A stretch of DNA of 64,000 nucleotides, taken from Candidatus Aminicenantes bacterium (GTDB lineage Bacteria > Acidobacteriota > Aminicenantia > Aminicenantales > JAFGBC01). Below the pieces are notes generated by a model, which worked only from the letters and a program-made list of their open reading frames with translations, had not been told where the DNA came from and ran no database searches. The position numbers and the translations under genes were made by a program. Positions 49,325 through 58,431 of the stretch are shown here, one piece after another; the stretch's first letter is position 1, and each line of letters begins with the position of its first letter. Location: positions 2,272,001 to 2,336,000 of the forward strand of contig OY969696.1 of assembly GCA_963702005.1 (NCBI GenBank), in the 5' to 3' direction.

Positions 49325-51021
49325 AAGCCCTCAAGCGCTTTCTGTTCATCGGCGGGCTTCTCCTCATCGCGGCCGTCGACATCGCGATCTACTGGAACTT
49401 CCATCTCTACCGGAAGACCGTTCGCTCCGAGGCCATCAACGCGGACAAGGTCGTAGAGCTGGAGAGGGCGGACCGCCTCTTTCCCTTCAACGAGTTGGTT
49501 CGGTTCGAGCTGGGCCAGGCCCGCTTCGGCTTGGCCATGGACGAGCTGGCGAACGCCAAGGTCCGGGACGCTGCGCTCGATGCCGGACTCCGCGACCTGG
49601 AAGCCTCGCTACGGCTGAACCCGGCCTCGGCCCGCGTCCAGTTCCAGTATGCCCAGGCCCTTCTCTATCGGAGCTACTTCGCTCCCTTGGATAAAACGCG
49701 CGTCTACGAGGAATACAAAAAGGCGGCCCGTCTGACCGGGCACCAAGCGCCGATTTACTTCGAGGTCGGCAAGATCCTTTTATCCCAGTGGGCGAGCCTC
49801 GGCGAGGCGGACCGGACTTTCACGCTCGGGCTCCTCGAGACCGTCCTCCGCCAGCCGGAAAAAACCAAGCTGGCGACCGTCCTCCAAATCTGGGACCTCG
49901 CGGTCCGGGACTACGGCGTCATGGAGAAGATCTTTCCCGCAAACGCCGACGCCTGCCGACAGTATGGCCAGTTCCTGGGCGAGAAGGAATTGTCCCTGGC
50001 CGAACGGCAGCGCGTCCTGGCCAAGGCCGAGGGCCTGGACTTCGACCGGGCCAAGCGGGAATTCGAGCTCGGCGACCGGGCGTTTCAGCTTTTCCAGTTC
50101 GGCGACGCTTTCAACCGCTACCAGTGGTGCCTGGGCATCCTGAAGGGAATCCGCTTCTACCAGGACCTGGGCGGGGAGAAGATCATCGATCCGGCCGAGT
50201 ACCGAAGTCTGCTCAAAGCGACCTACCTCGTCATGGCCAAGAGCCGCCTGGAGGAGGGGAGGCCGTTCGAGGACGCGCTGCCCTTCCTGCAGAGCTACGT
50301 CGAGCTCGAGGATGAGATCCCCGCGCTCGGGGATCTGGAGACGTTCTTCAAGGAGAGGGGACTCGTCGAGGACAACCTCGCGGCCGGCGCCAAGGACTTC
50401 AGGCTTTTCGCCTTCCATGCCCTGCTCGCCTTCAAGCAGAGCCGCTACCGGGACGTCATCCAGGTCGGGGTGGACATGCAGCGGGGGGTTCTCGTCGTGC
50501 CCGAGGCGTCCAAGCAGGATTACGCGACGATCCTCGAGCTGGTGGGCGATTCCTACCAGAAGCTCGACTACATCTACGAGTCCAACGATTATTACGCCAA
50601 GGCGCTGGCTCAGGAGCCGGACGACCTGGCCGTGCTCTTGAAGCTGAGAAAGAACCGCGAAAGACTCAACGAGGAGGCGGGCATTCGCGAAGCCGATTCC
50701 AAGATCGCGAGGCTCCTGACGCCGAGCGAGGCGGTCCCGAGCGACCGCCCCGTGGAGAAGGGGAAGCCTTTCGTCAAGACTCTGACACTTGACGGCTCCG
50801 ACCTGACGTTGGAAATCGCCGTCAGCGCCCCTAAAACCGAACGGGTCCCGCTCCTGGAGATCGCCTGGAACGATCGTATCGTCTGGGAGGGTTTCGTCCG
50901 GGCACAAACGATCAAGCTTGATGTCTCATCCCTGCTCGGAATGAATAATTTAACCCTGATTCCGGTCAACATTCCCGTCTCCATAGGTAGAATTTTCTGG
51001 GAATTTGGAAAAAAAACATAA
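49321..51021 (+). CDS. TPR-like membrane-anchored protein
   Basis: ATGA overlap with the ligase gene; N-terminal TM; helical repeats (LEASLRLNPAS, YYAKALAQEP). Confidence 0.65.
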   Translation: MKALKRFLFIGGLLLIAAVDIAIYWNFHLYRKTVRSEAINADKVVELERADRLFPFNELVRFELGQARFGLAMDELANAKVRDAALDAGLRDLEASLRLNPASARVQFQYAQALLYRSYFAPLDKTRVYEEYKKAARLTGHQAPIYFEVGKILLSQWASLGEADRTFTLGLLETVLRQPEKTKLATVLQIWDLAVRDYGVMEKIFPANADACRQYGQFLGEKELSLAERQRVLAKAEGLDFDRAKREFELGDRAFQLFQFGDAFNRYQWCLGILKGIRFYQDLGGEKIIDPAEYRSLLKATYLVMAKSRLEEGRPFEDALPFLQSYVELEDEIPALGDLETFFKERGLVEDNLAAGAKDFRLFAFHALLAFKQSRYRDVIQVGVDMQRGVLVVPEASKQDYATILELVGDSYQKLDYIYESNDYYAKALAQEPDDLAVLLKLRKNRERLNEEAGIREADSKIARLLTPSEAVPSDRPVEKGKPFVKTLTLDGSDLTLEIAVSAPKTERVPLLEIAWNDRIVWEGFVRAQTIKLDVSSLLGMNNLTLIPVNIPVSIGRIFWEFGKKT

Positions 51022-51104
51022 AATAGCTTGACATGAGCAGGAAAAGCGGCGAAAATGGGCTTTCTTTTTTTGTTAAAGAGTCTATTTTTTTTGAAAATAA
51101 GGCC

Positions 51105-51133
51105 TTGACAAATCAAGTCTAAGGTGTTAAATT
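51105..51133 (+). promoter_or_regulatory. Sigma70-like promoter
   Basis: TTGACA-N17-TAAATT; RBS AAGGAGG before GTG 51160. Confidence 0.55.
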
Positions 51134-51159
51134 CATAGTGACTCTCGAAGGAGGATTTT

Positions 51160-51963
51160 GTGTTTGAGGCGCGATTGAAAGGAAGTAGAGGTATACTCTG
51201 TGCAGCAACCCTGTTGGTTTGCGCGCTTCACCCCGTTTTGCAGGCTTCGGAAGCGTCGGCGTCTAGGGGCAATCTGATCGGCTTTATCTACGGCCAGGAT
51301 GAGACTACCCCGCTTTCGGGCGCCATCGTCACCCTGAAGAGCATCGAGACTGGGTCCACTTTTGAAAGCGTTCCAACCGACTCCCTGGGCATTTTCAGGA
51401 TGAGCGGGCTGGTCGCGGGCGTATACGCCATGGGCGTCGCCTCGCCGGCCGGCGGGTTCAACGCCACGAGCTTGGTCGGGGTCAAGGCCAACGAAACCGC
51501 CAAGGTCAGCGTTGCCCTCCAGCCCTATGAACAGCAAGTCGCCAAAGCCGTCGCCCAGGTCAACAACTCCCAGACAAAAGCCGGCGAATCCCGGGTGGGC
51601 CGTGTTATTGAATTCCTCCCGGGGACCGTCGAGGGCCAGGTCTTTATCGAACTGGGCCTCCTTCAGCAGAACGACCGGATCCGAGTCCTCGGGAAACGGA
51701 CGGATTTCTACCAGGACGTCAAGAGCCTCGTGTTCCAGGGCATGCCCGTCAAGCGGGCCTTCGGCGGCCAGACCGTCCAGCTCAAGCTCATCAAGCCGGC
51801 TGAGGCGGGCGATATCGTCTATATCGTCTGCAAGCGGGGGATCCCCCCCATCTTCCTCAGCCCGCTGGGGATCGCCGCCATCGTGGCCGGGACGGGCGCC
51901 ATCGCTTACGGCGTCATCGTCATACCGGACGAACCGGTCCCGGTTTCCGTTTACAAGTACTGA
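51160..51963 (+). CDS. Exported protein: carboxypeptidase-regulatory-like domain, small beta-barrel, C-terminal hydrophobic tail
   Basis: G.I.GQDETTPLSGAIVTL..TDSLGIF..GVY; RTDFYQDVKS..GQTVQLK..GDIVY; FLSPLGIAAIVAGTGAIAYGVIVI. Confidence 0.65.
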   Translation: MFEARLKGSRGILCAATLLVCALHPVLQASEASASRGNLIGFIYGQDETTPLSGAIVTLKSIETGSTFESVPTDSLGIFRMSGLVAGVYAMGVASPAGGFNATSLVGVKANETAKVSVALQPYEQQVAKAVAQVNNSQTKAGESRVGRVIEFLPGTVEGQVFIELGLLQQNDRIRVLGKRTDFYQDVKSLVFQGMPVKRAFGGQTVQLKLIKPAEAGDIVYIVCKRGIPPIFLSPLGIAAIVAGTGAIAYGVIVIPDEPVPVSVYKY

Positions 51964-52008
51964 CCGGCGGCGCCCGCGCTCCTCGTTTTGCGGAGGGGGT
52001 ATTCATCC

Positions 52009-53172
52009 ATGTCCGCGAAGATCCTGATTCTCTGCGCGCGCCTGAATAGGGCCGAGCGAGAAAAGGCGCTTCTAAGCCGATTGCTGGGCGAGCCGCTTGA
52101 TTGGCCCGGCTTGATCCGGAGCGCCGTCGCTGACGGCGTCGCCGTTCTGGCTTATCGGGCCTTTAAAGAATACCAGGACCGCGTCCCGCGCGAAGCCCTC
52201 GAACAACTCAAGGGCTTCTACTACGGCAACGCGGCCCGCTATCTCCGTCTCCGAGCGTCCCTCGGACCGCTTATCCGTGAACTCTCCAGCCGCGGCTTCA
52301 GGTTTGCGTTCACCAAGGGCATCCGGCTGGCCGGGTCCGTTTACGAGGATTTCGCCCTCCGCCCGTTCACGGATATCGATCTCCTCGTCCATCCCCGGGA
52401 CGGCGCCCGGATCGAGGCCGCCCTGGGCGAGCTCGGCTTCAAGCTCGAAGGGGAGGGTGGGGCAGGACTTGCCAAGGAGAAGCAGCTCGTCCTCCGGACC
52501 TACTCGCCCTATTTCCGCAGAGACGAACTCCTCCTCGAAGTCCACTACGACGCCCTCGGCCTTCAGATCCCGCTCGCTTCCGAGGAAGATGTCTGGGCCG
52601 GAGTCCGCGACATCGAGATCGGAGGCTTCCGGATTCCTGTTTTATCGACCGAGGACGAGCTCTGTCATCTCTGCCTCCACGTCATGGAACATTCCTACAG
52701 CCGGCTCATCTGGCTGACCGACATCGCCGAGCTCGTTTCGCGGCACGGCCTGGACTGGGATAAGCTCAAAGCGACCTGCCGGCGCGAGGGCATCGGCGCT
52801 CCGGTCTATTACGGGCTTTTCTTGGCCGATCGGCTCTGGCCCGGTGCCATTCCCCGGGAGGCGCTGGGCGGTTTGCGGCCGGGTCCCGTTCAACGCGGGA
52901 TTCTTGAATTGTTCTGGCCCGTGACGAAGGTCCGCGCCCGCCGTCTCTCCCTCCTATTCCCGTTCTTCATGCCGACCTTTTTCGCGCTCATCGGCCGGAA
53001 GGATCCCGGCCTTCTCATCCGGACGGTCCTTCGCACTCTGTTCCCTCCGCGCGCCTGGGTCGCCCATTACTATGGGACCGGCCTCGGAACCCTGCGGCTC
53101 GCCGGGCATTACCTTTGGCGGATCCAGAGGCCTTTCGTCCTGGTCGCCCGCCGTTTGCTTCGTTTCGGCTGA
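52009..53172 (+). CDS. Nucleotidyltransferase-family protein (NTP_transf_5-like)
   Basis: KGIRLA..Y..RPFTDIDLLV, LEVH, HLCLH, WLTDI. Confidence 0.8.
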   Translation: MSAKILILCARLNRAEREKALLSRLLGEPLDWPGLIRSAVADGVAVLAYRAFKEYQDRVPREALEQLKGFYYGNAARYLRLRASLGPLIRELSSRGFRFAFTKGIRLAGSVYEDFALRPFTDIDLLVHPRDGARIEAALGELGFKLEGEGGAGLAKEKQLVLRTYSPYFRRDELLLEVHYDALGLQIPLASEEDVWAGVRDIEIGGFRIPVLSTEDELCHLCLHVMEHSYSRLIWLTDIAELVSRHGLDWDKLKATCRREGIGAPVYYGLFLADRLWPGAIPREALGGLRPGPVQRGILELFWPVTKVRARRLSLLFPFFMPTFFALIGRKDPGLLIRTVLRTLFPPRAWVAHYYGTGLGTLRLAGHYLWRIQRPFVLVARRLLRFG

Positions 53173-53247
53173 GTCTTTCCACCTGAGACGTCCGTTTTAC
53201 TTTAGCCGGGGGAATCTGGTAGCATGGGCCGAGGAGAGAATTCCGGC

Positions 53248-53832
53248 ATGCGGCGGATCGGACGAATAAGCTGTCTCGTCGTCTTGGCGGCGGGCGTCGG
53301 GCTCCGGGCCGGAGGGCAGACCGCCGCCGGCCCAAGGGCCGAGTTGACCGCCGACGCCCTTAAGGTATTCCAAGCCCTCGCCACGATCGAAGCGGCCGAT
53401 CCTCCGGCCGCCGGCTCGCTGAGGCGGATCACGGTCAGCGAAGGGGAGCTCAACGCCTATATCGCCTTCCGGATCGCCGACGAGAAAGAACAGATGATGA
53501 AGGAGCTGCGCCTGAAGCTCCTGGACGAGCAGAAGCTGGAGGGAAAGCTGGTTCTTGACCTGCGCGGCAGCAAGATCTCGAGCCTGCTGCCGGAAACGGC
53601 GACCTTCTTTTTCGCGGCGCGGCTCGAGGCCGCCGACGGGAGGGCCCGGCTTCGCTTCGATAAACTCTTCTTGGAGCAGCAACCGATCCAGCCCGCCGTC
53701 ATCGACCTCATTCTTCTTTTCGCCGCCCGCAAGGACAATACCATTCCCTCCAGCCTGGGCGATTGGATCGAGCTCCCTTTGGGAATCCGCGAACTGCGGA
53801 TAGCTAAGGAGAGCCTGACGGCCACCTATTGA
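53248..53832 (+). CDS. Exported hypothetical protein
   Basis: RBS GAGGAG, signal peptide, SEGELNAY motif, host-like codon usage. Confidence 0.6.
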   Translation: MRRIGRISCLVVLAAGVGLRAGGQTAAGPRAELTADALKVFQALATIEAADPPAAGSLRRITVSEGELNAYIAFRIADEKEQMMKELRLKLLDEQKLEGKLVLDLRGSKISSLLPETATFFFAARLEAADGRARLRFDKLFLEQQPIQPAVIDLILLFAARKDNTIPSSLGDWIELPLGIRELRIAKESLTATY

Positions 53833-53853
53833 AGGACGAGGACGAGACCGGCC

Positions 53854-54405
53854 ATGATCCGTATCATCAGCGGGACGTATAAAGGCAAGCGGCTCAAGCG
53901 CGTCCCCAGCCCCCTCGTCCGTCCCATGCCGGACAAGCTCAAGGAGTCCCTGTTTAGCATTCTCAAAGAAACGGTCAGGGGAAGGGCTTTCTTGGACGCC
54001 TTCGCCGGGACCGGATCGGTCGGGATCGAGGCTTTGAGCCGGGGGGCGGACAAGGCCGTTTTCATCGAGGAGTATCCCCGGGCCGTCCGCATCATCAAGG
54101 AGAACTTGGCCAAAGTCGGGGCCGAGGATCGGGCCCTGGTCGTGGCGCGGGAGTACAACCGGGCCGTCATCGAGCTGGCCAAGGACGGATTCCTGTTCGA
54201 CCTCGTCTTTCTCGACCCGCCCTACAAGCTTCTCGATGAGCGGGATCCGCTCAAGGTCCTCCGCAAGCGGGGTATCGTCCGGCCGGGCGGAACCGTCATC
54301 CTCAGGCACCATTTCAAGACGAAGCCGCCCCTCGGGGATTTTCCGCTGGTGCGGGCGGTCACCCTCGGCGACGACACCTTGTCGTTTTTCCTGCCCGGCA
54401 AATAA
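53854..54405 (+). CDS. rsmD: 16S rRNA m2G966 methyltransferase RsmD
   Basis: IRIISGTYKG, LDAFAGTGSVGIEALSRGA, FLDPPY; stop lies inside the family A arm. Confidence 0.93.
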   Translation: MIRIISGTYKGKRLKRVPSPLVRPMPDKLKESLFSILKETVRGRAFLDAFAGTGSVGIEALSRGADKAVFIEEYPRAVRIIKENLAKVGAEDRALVVAREYNRAVIELAKDGFLFDLVFLDPPYKLLDERDPLKVLRKRGIVRPGGTVILRHHFKTKPPLGDFPLVRAVTLGDDTLSFFLPGK

Positions 54406-55206
54406 TTCTGGGGACACACGACTTAATTGCCCTTAGGACCCGGCTTTTTCTTAGCGATTATTCGCTCCGTAAGGGCTTCCAACTTACGGATAAAAGCATC
54501 ATCTCCCAAAGGTCTACCCGTTCGAAAATGTTTCCTCAATTCATCATTCTCAGATGGCACTTCTTTTCTAAGAAATGAAGCCCAATCAGAGATCCGTTGT
54601 GTTAGATGAAAATCCGCTAAGATGGGATCTTCTCTTCCGAATATGTGTGAACGGGCGCTTGACCAAGCGTAGTCTTCTGCATACCTAACGATTCCCGCCC
54701 TGACGGGGTTTCTTTCCACATATCGGACAGCTGCATAGAGGTACGGTTCATCGAGTGGACATGAATAGAACCGTCCTTGCCATAAATATCCGTTCCATCC
54801 CTCTCTCTTGTTGATCCTATTTGAATATTCCTGATGGGTTTGACCGATTCCCTGGGCAAGGCTTTTAGGGTTGGAAGGGACGATAATCAAATGTACATGG
54901 TTGTTCATTAGACAAAAAGCCCAGATTTTGATTCCGTTCAATGCGCTCTGTTTTTTCAAGATCTCTAAGTACGCCCCTTTATCATGCTCCGAAAAAAAGG
55001 TTGTTTGCCTACGGTTGCCTCGCTGGACGACATGATGGGGGATGTTTGGGATGACAATGCGGGCCAGCCTAGCCATCGGCGTTCAGAAAAAATCAACTTT
55101 GGTTTTAAATTCTCTCATGATAAAGACGCTTAGAAAAACCAGAAATCATCATGGGATTGCAGCTTCGAGATTCCAAATAATTAAGTCGTGTGTCCCCAGA
55201 ATTATT
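54401..55206. mobile_element. 806-bp element: HUH tyrosine transposase bounded by perfect 28-bp family A terminal inverted repeats
   Basis: AATAATTCTGGGGACACACGACTTAATT 54401-54428 / AATTAAGTCGTGTGTCCCCAGAATTATT 55179-55206; interior AT-richer than host; no target duplication seen. Confidence 0.9.
54423..55076 (-). CDS. Y1 (HUH) tyrosine transposase, RAYT/TnpA-REP-like
   Basis: HHVVQRGN, CLMNNHVHL (HUH), LWQGRF, RYVERNPVRAG (catalytic Tyr region), YAWSS. Confidence 0.93.
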   Translation of the reverse strand: MARLARIVIPNIPHHVVQRGNRRQTTFFSEHDKGAYLEILKKQSALNGIKIWAFCLMNNHVHLIIVPSNPKSLAQGIGQTHQEYSNRINKREGWNGYLWQGRFYSCPLDEPYLYAAVRYVERNPVRAGIVRYAEDYAWSSARSHIFGREDPILADFHLTQRISDWASFLRKEVPSENDELRKHFRTGRPLGDDAFIRKLEALTERIIAKKKPGPKGN

Positions 55207-55280
55207 CCAGGGGGGGTTGCGGAGGCGGGCCGTTTCGCTTACAATGGCGCTCAGGCTTTTTTGAGGGAACGCGAGTCCAA

Positions 55281-56156
55281 GTGGCAAAAAAGGCAAAGAA
55301 GACGTCTAAGGTGAAGCCGTTCTGGGAGGAAACGCCTCTCGTCGGCGAGACCGAGCTCTTCAGCCACCTGGCTGAGGAGAAGGGGAGCGCTCTGTTCCTG
55401 GGGCGCTATTCGCTGTCCGAAGTCATCGCCGTCCTGGGGAAAAGGAACTTCCTTCGCGAAGCCCGCAAGCGGAAGCTTTGGCCTCTCGCCTTCAACCTGG
55501 ATTCCTCGGCTTACCCTCTTCAGCGTTTCCAGATTTATTATAAAGACAAGACTCCCCGGAATCTCATCGTCGACCTCAAGATCCGGGAAGGCTTGTTTCG
55601 GCCGGCCGGGGGCATCCTCCTGGGCCGGCCTTTCCCCGAGCAGAAATGCCTCATGTTCGAATGGCTGACCCTCCAGAACCCGGTCCAGGACTTCGGTCTT
55701 CAGAAGACCGCCCTGCCCGGTCAGCTTCATCCCGGGCTCAACATCGGGAAGAAGGTCATGGACCTGTTCGTCTACCTGGCCAGGGTCACCGGCAAGGATG
55801 CCCTGATGGCATTCCCGGCCTATTTCCACAACTCGCTTCTTTTCTCGCGCTACTTCACTTTCGTCAATCCGGAGAAGCAGGCCGAGGTCTTGGCCATCCG
55901 GCGGACGTTCCACGACATCCCCTGGAAGCAGCTGGCTTGGATCGTCCATCTCAACTGCCTCCTCCGCCAGGACGGCACGCCCTACGAGTGGAAGGCCGAG
56001 GAACAGATCTTGCCCCTGAGCCGCTTCCTCAAGGATCTGTTTGATTCCCGGGATTATCGGGACGCCGTCCGCAGGGCCCTTCCCGAGTTCCGGTTCACGA
56101 TCGATTGGGAGGCTTTTTACCGTAAATCCTCCGAGATCGGCCCCGCCTCGGATTAG
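55281..56156 (+). CDS. Conserved-looking hypothetical protein
   Basis: GTG start, host codon usage; EWLTLQNP, LPGQLHPGL, PAYFHN motifs; function not assignable. Confidence 0.7.
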   Translation: MAKKAKKTSKVKPFWEETPLVGETELFSHLAEEKGSALFLGRYSLSEVIAVLGKRNFLREARKRKLWPLAFNLDSSAYPLQRFQIYYKDKTPRNLIVDLKIREGLFRPAGGILLGRPFPEQKCLMFEWLTLQNPVQDFGLQKTALPGQLHPGLNIGKKVMDLFVYLARVTGKDALMAFPAYFHNSLLFSRYFTFVNPEKQAEVLAIRRTFHDIPWKQLAWIVHLNCLLRQDGTPYEWKAEEQILPLSRFLKDLFDSRDYRDAVRRALPEFRFTIDWEAFYRKSSEIGPASD

Positions 56157-56175
56157 TCCTTGTTCGAGGCCCGCT

Positions 56176-56204
56176 TTGTCATTAGGCGGGGAATTTGCTA
56201 TAAT
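56176..56204 (+). promoter_or_regulatory. Sigma70-like promoter of rpmE-prfA-prmC
   Basis: TTGTCA-N17-TATAAT with TG extension. Confidence 0.7.
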
Positions 56205-56234
56205 ACCGCCTCCTGACAGAGGAGTGAGACCAAG

Positions 56235-56444
56235 ATGAAGAAGAATGTCCATCCCGAATACGGCGAGTGCCTGGTCGTCTGCGCCTGCGGAAATACCTTC
56301 AAGACCCGCTCGACCAAGAAAGAGATCCGGGTCGAGATCTGCTCCCAGTGCCATCCTTTCTTCACCGGCAAGCAGAAGTTCATCGACAGCGCCGGCCGCG
56401 TCGAGAAGTTCAGGAAGAAGTACGGTGAGACCAAGACGAAGTAA
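56235..56444 (+). CDS. rpmE: 50S ribosomal protein L31 (Zn-binding type)
   Basis: [26 protein letters not shown]. Confidence 0.97.
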   Translation: MKKNVHPEYGECLVVCACGNTFKTRSTKKEIRVEICSQCHPFFTGKQKFIDSAGRVEKFRKKYGETKTK

Positions 56445-56449
56445 GCGCG

Positions 56450-57547
56450 ATGCTCGACGAGCTGGCTGGTCTTGAGGAGAAGTACCGTCGTCTGATTCTA
56501 TCCCTGTCCGACCCCGCCTTCCTGTCCGATCCTAAAAAGCTCAAGGACCTCTCCAAGCAACGGGCCGAGCTCGAGCCCCTCGTTCGTAAGTACGCGGACC
56601 TGAAGCGGATCCGGAAGAGCTTGACCGAATCCCGGGACATCGCCGCCGACCCCCAGGCCGATCCCGACCTCCGGAAACTCGCCCAGGCGGAGCTTGACGA
56701 ATTGGCCGCCCGCGAGGAACGGATCCGCGAGGAGCTCCGGGTCCTTCTCCTCCCCACGGACCCCCTCGACGAAAAAGACGTCCTGCTCGAGGTCCGGGCC
56801 GGGGCCGGCGGCGACGAGGCCTCCCTGTTCGCCCAGGACCTGGTCCGTATGTACAGCCGCTTCGCCGAGACCAAGGGCTGGAAGTTCGAGATCGTCGAGA
56901 CAAGCCAGTCCCCGATCGGGGGTTTCAAGGAAGCGATCGCCCTCATTAAGGGGAAGAAGGTTTACTCCATCCTCAAGTACGAGAGCGGCGTCCACCGCGT
57001 CCAGCGCGTCCCTAAGACCGAAGCCAGCGGCCGGATCCACACTTCGACGGTGACGGTCGCCGTCCTCCCCGAAGCCGACGAGGTCGACGTCAAGATCGAT
57101 CCCAACGACCTCAGGATCGAGGCGTTCGGGGCCTCGGGGCCGGGCGGCCAGAACGTCAACCGGAACTATACGGCCATCCGCGTCACCCATAAACCGTCCG
57201 GGCTCGTCGTGTCTTGCCAGGACGAAAAATCCCAACACCGGAACAAAGAAAAGGCCTTCAAGATCCTCCGCTCCCGGCTCCTGGACATCGCCCAGCGCAG
57301 GCAGCAGGAGGAGATCGCCGAAAACCGGAAGTCCCAGGTTGGGACCGGAGAGCGGAGCGAGAAGATCCGAACCTACAACTTCGCCCAGTCCCGGGTTACC
57401 GACCACCGCCTCATCCGAAGCTGGCATAACCTTGAGGCCGTCCTCGACGGCGACCTGGAAGAGATCATCAAAGCCCTCGTCCTTTTCCACCACGCTCAAC
57501 AGCTGGGTAAGAAGCCCGGGTCCTCCTCCCGGGAGCTCGGTCTTTAG
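56450..57547 (+). CDS. prfA: Peptide chain release factor 1
   Basis: ESGVHRVQRVPKTE (PxT), GPGGQ, RSEKIRTYNF. Confidence 0.97.
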   Translation: MLDELAGLEEKYRRLILSLSDPAFLSDPKKLKDLSKQRAELEPLVRKYADLKRIRKSLTESRDIAADPQADPDLRKLAQAELDELAAREERIREELRVLLLPTDPLDEKDVLLEVRAGAGGDEASLFAQDLVRMYSRFAETKGWKFEIVETSQSPIGGFKEAIALIKGKKVYSILKYESGVHRVQRVPKTEASGRIHTSTVTVAVLPEADEVDVKIDPNDLRIEAFGASGPGGQNVNRNYTAIRVTHKPSGLVVSCQDEKSQHRNKEKAFKILRSRLLDIAQRRQQEEIAENRKSQVGTGERSEKIRTYNFAQSRVTDHRLIRSWHNLEAVLDGDLEEIIKALVLFHHAQQLGKKPGSSSRELGL

Positions 57548-58393
57548 TTGGGAACGATCCGGGACCTCCATCGCGCGGGAGCCTTGCTCCTGACGGGTTT
57601 GGAAACCCCCTCCTTGGACGCGAAGGTCCTGCTTCTCCATGCGGCCGGCCTGACCGAGGAGGCTTTCCATACGCGTCCCGAGACCGTCATCCCTCAGCGG
57701 GCGGCCGGTCGTTTCCGCAGGCTCGTCGCCCGGCGCCGCCGGGGCGTCCCTTTGGCTTACCTGACCGGGATCCGGGAATTCTGGTCGCTCCCCCTCGAGG
57801 TCCGGCCGGGCGTCCTCATCCCTCGTCCCGAGACCGAGCTCGTCGTGGAGACCGTCCTGGCCTTGTCGGCGAGACCGGACGAGGTCATCGCCGATATCGG
57901 GACGGGCAGCGGGGCCATCGCCCTGGCCCTGGCCGCGGAGCGTCCTAAGGCCCGGATCGTCGCTGTGGATCTTTCCCGCCGGGCCCTCCGGGTCGCGCGC
58001 CGGAACGCCCGCCGTCTCGGGCACGCCGATATCGTCTTCCTGCGGGGCGATCTTTTCGCCCCCGTGGCGAGACGCGGCCTTCGCGCATACTGCGATTTCG
58101 TCGTGTCAAACCCGCCCTACCTTTCGAGCGCCGATTGGGAGGGGCTCTCTCGGGACGTCCGGGACCATGAGCCGGCGCGAGCCCTCCTGGCCGGGCCAAG
58201 CGGGCTCGAAGTCATCGAACGGATCGTGGAGGAGGCTCCGGCTTATCTAAAGCCCGGCGGCCATCTCGTCATCGAAATTGGCGCGGGCCAAGCGGAGTGC
58301 GTCCTCAAGCTGTTCGGGCCGGTCTGGGCCGGGGCCGCTTGCCGCCAGGACCTAACCGGGATCCCCCGAGTCGTAACGGCCCGCCGCTTCTGA
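57548..58393 (+). CDS. prmC: Release factor glutamine methyltransferase
   Basis: VLIPRPETE, DIGTGSGAIA, SNPPY. Confidence 0.95.
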   Translation: MGTIRDLHRAGALLLTGLETPSLDAKVLLLHAAGLTEEAFHTRPETVIPQRAAGRFRRLVARRRRGVPLAYLTGIREFWSLPLEVRPGVLIPRPETELVVETVLALSARPDEVIADIGTGSGAIALALAAERPKARIVAVDLSRRALRVARRNARRLGHADIVFLRGDLFAPVARRGLRAYCDFVVSNPPYLSSADWEGLSRDVRDHEPARALLAGPSGLEVIERIVEEAPAYLKPGGHLVIEIGAGQAECVLKLFGPVWAGAACRQDLTGIPRVVTARRF

Positions 58394-58431
58394 CCGAGAA
58401 AGAGTCGCGATAGGACAAAGACAGGTTCTTC

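Noticed and set aside
54390-55215. Target-site duplication around the transposase element
   Set aside because: Flanks (CCCGGCA / CCAGGGG) share no direct repeat, and none is seen at the other A copies
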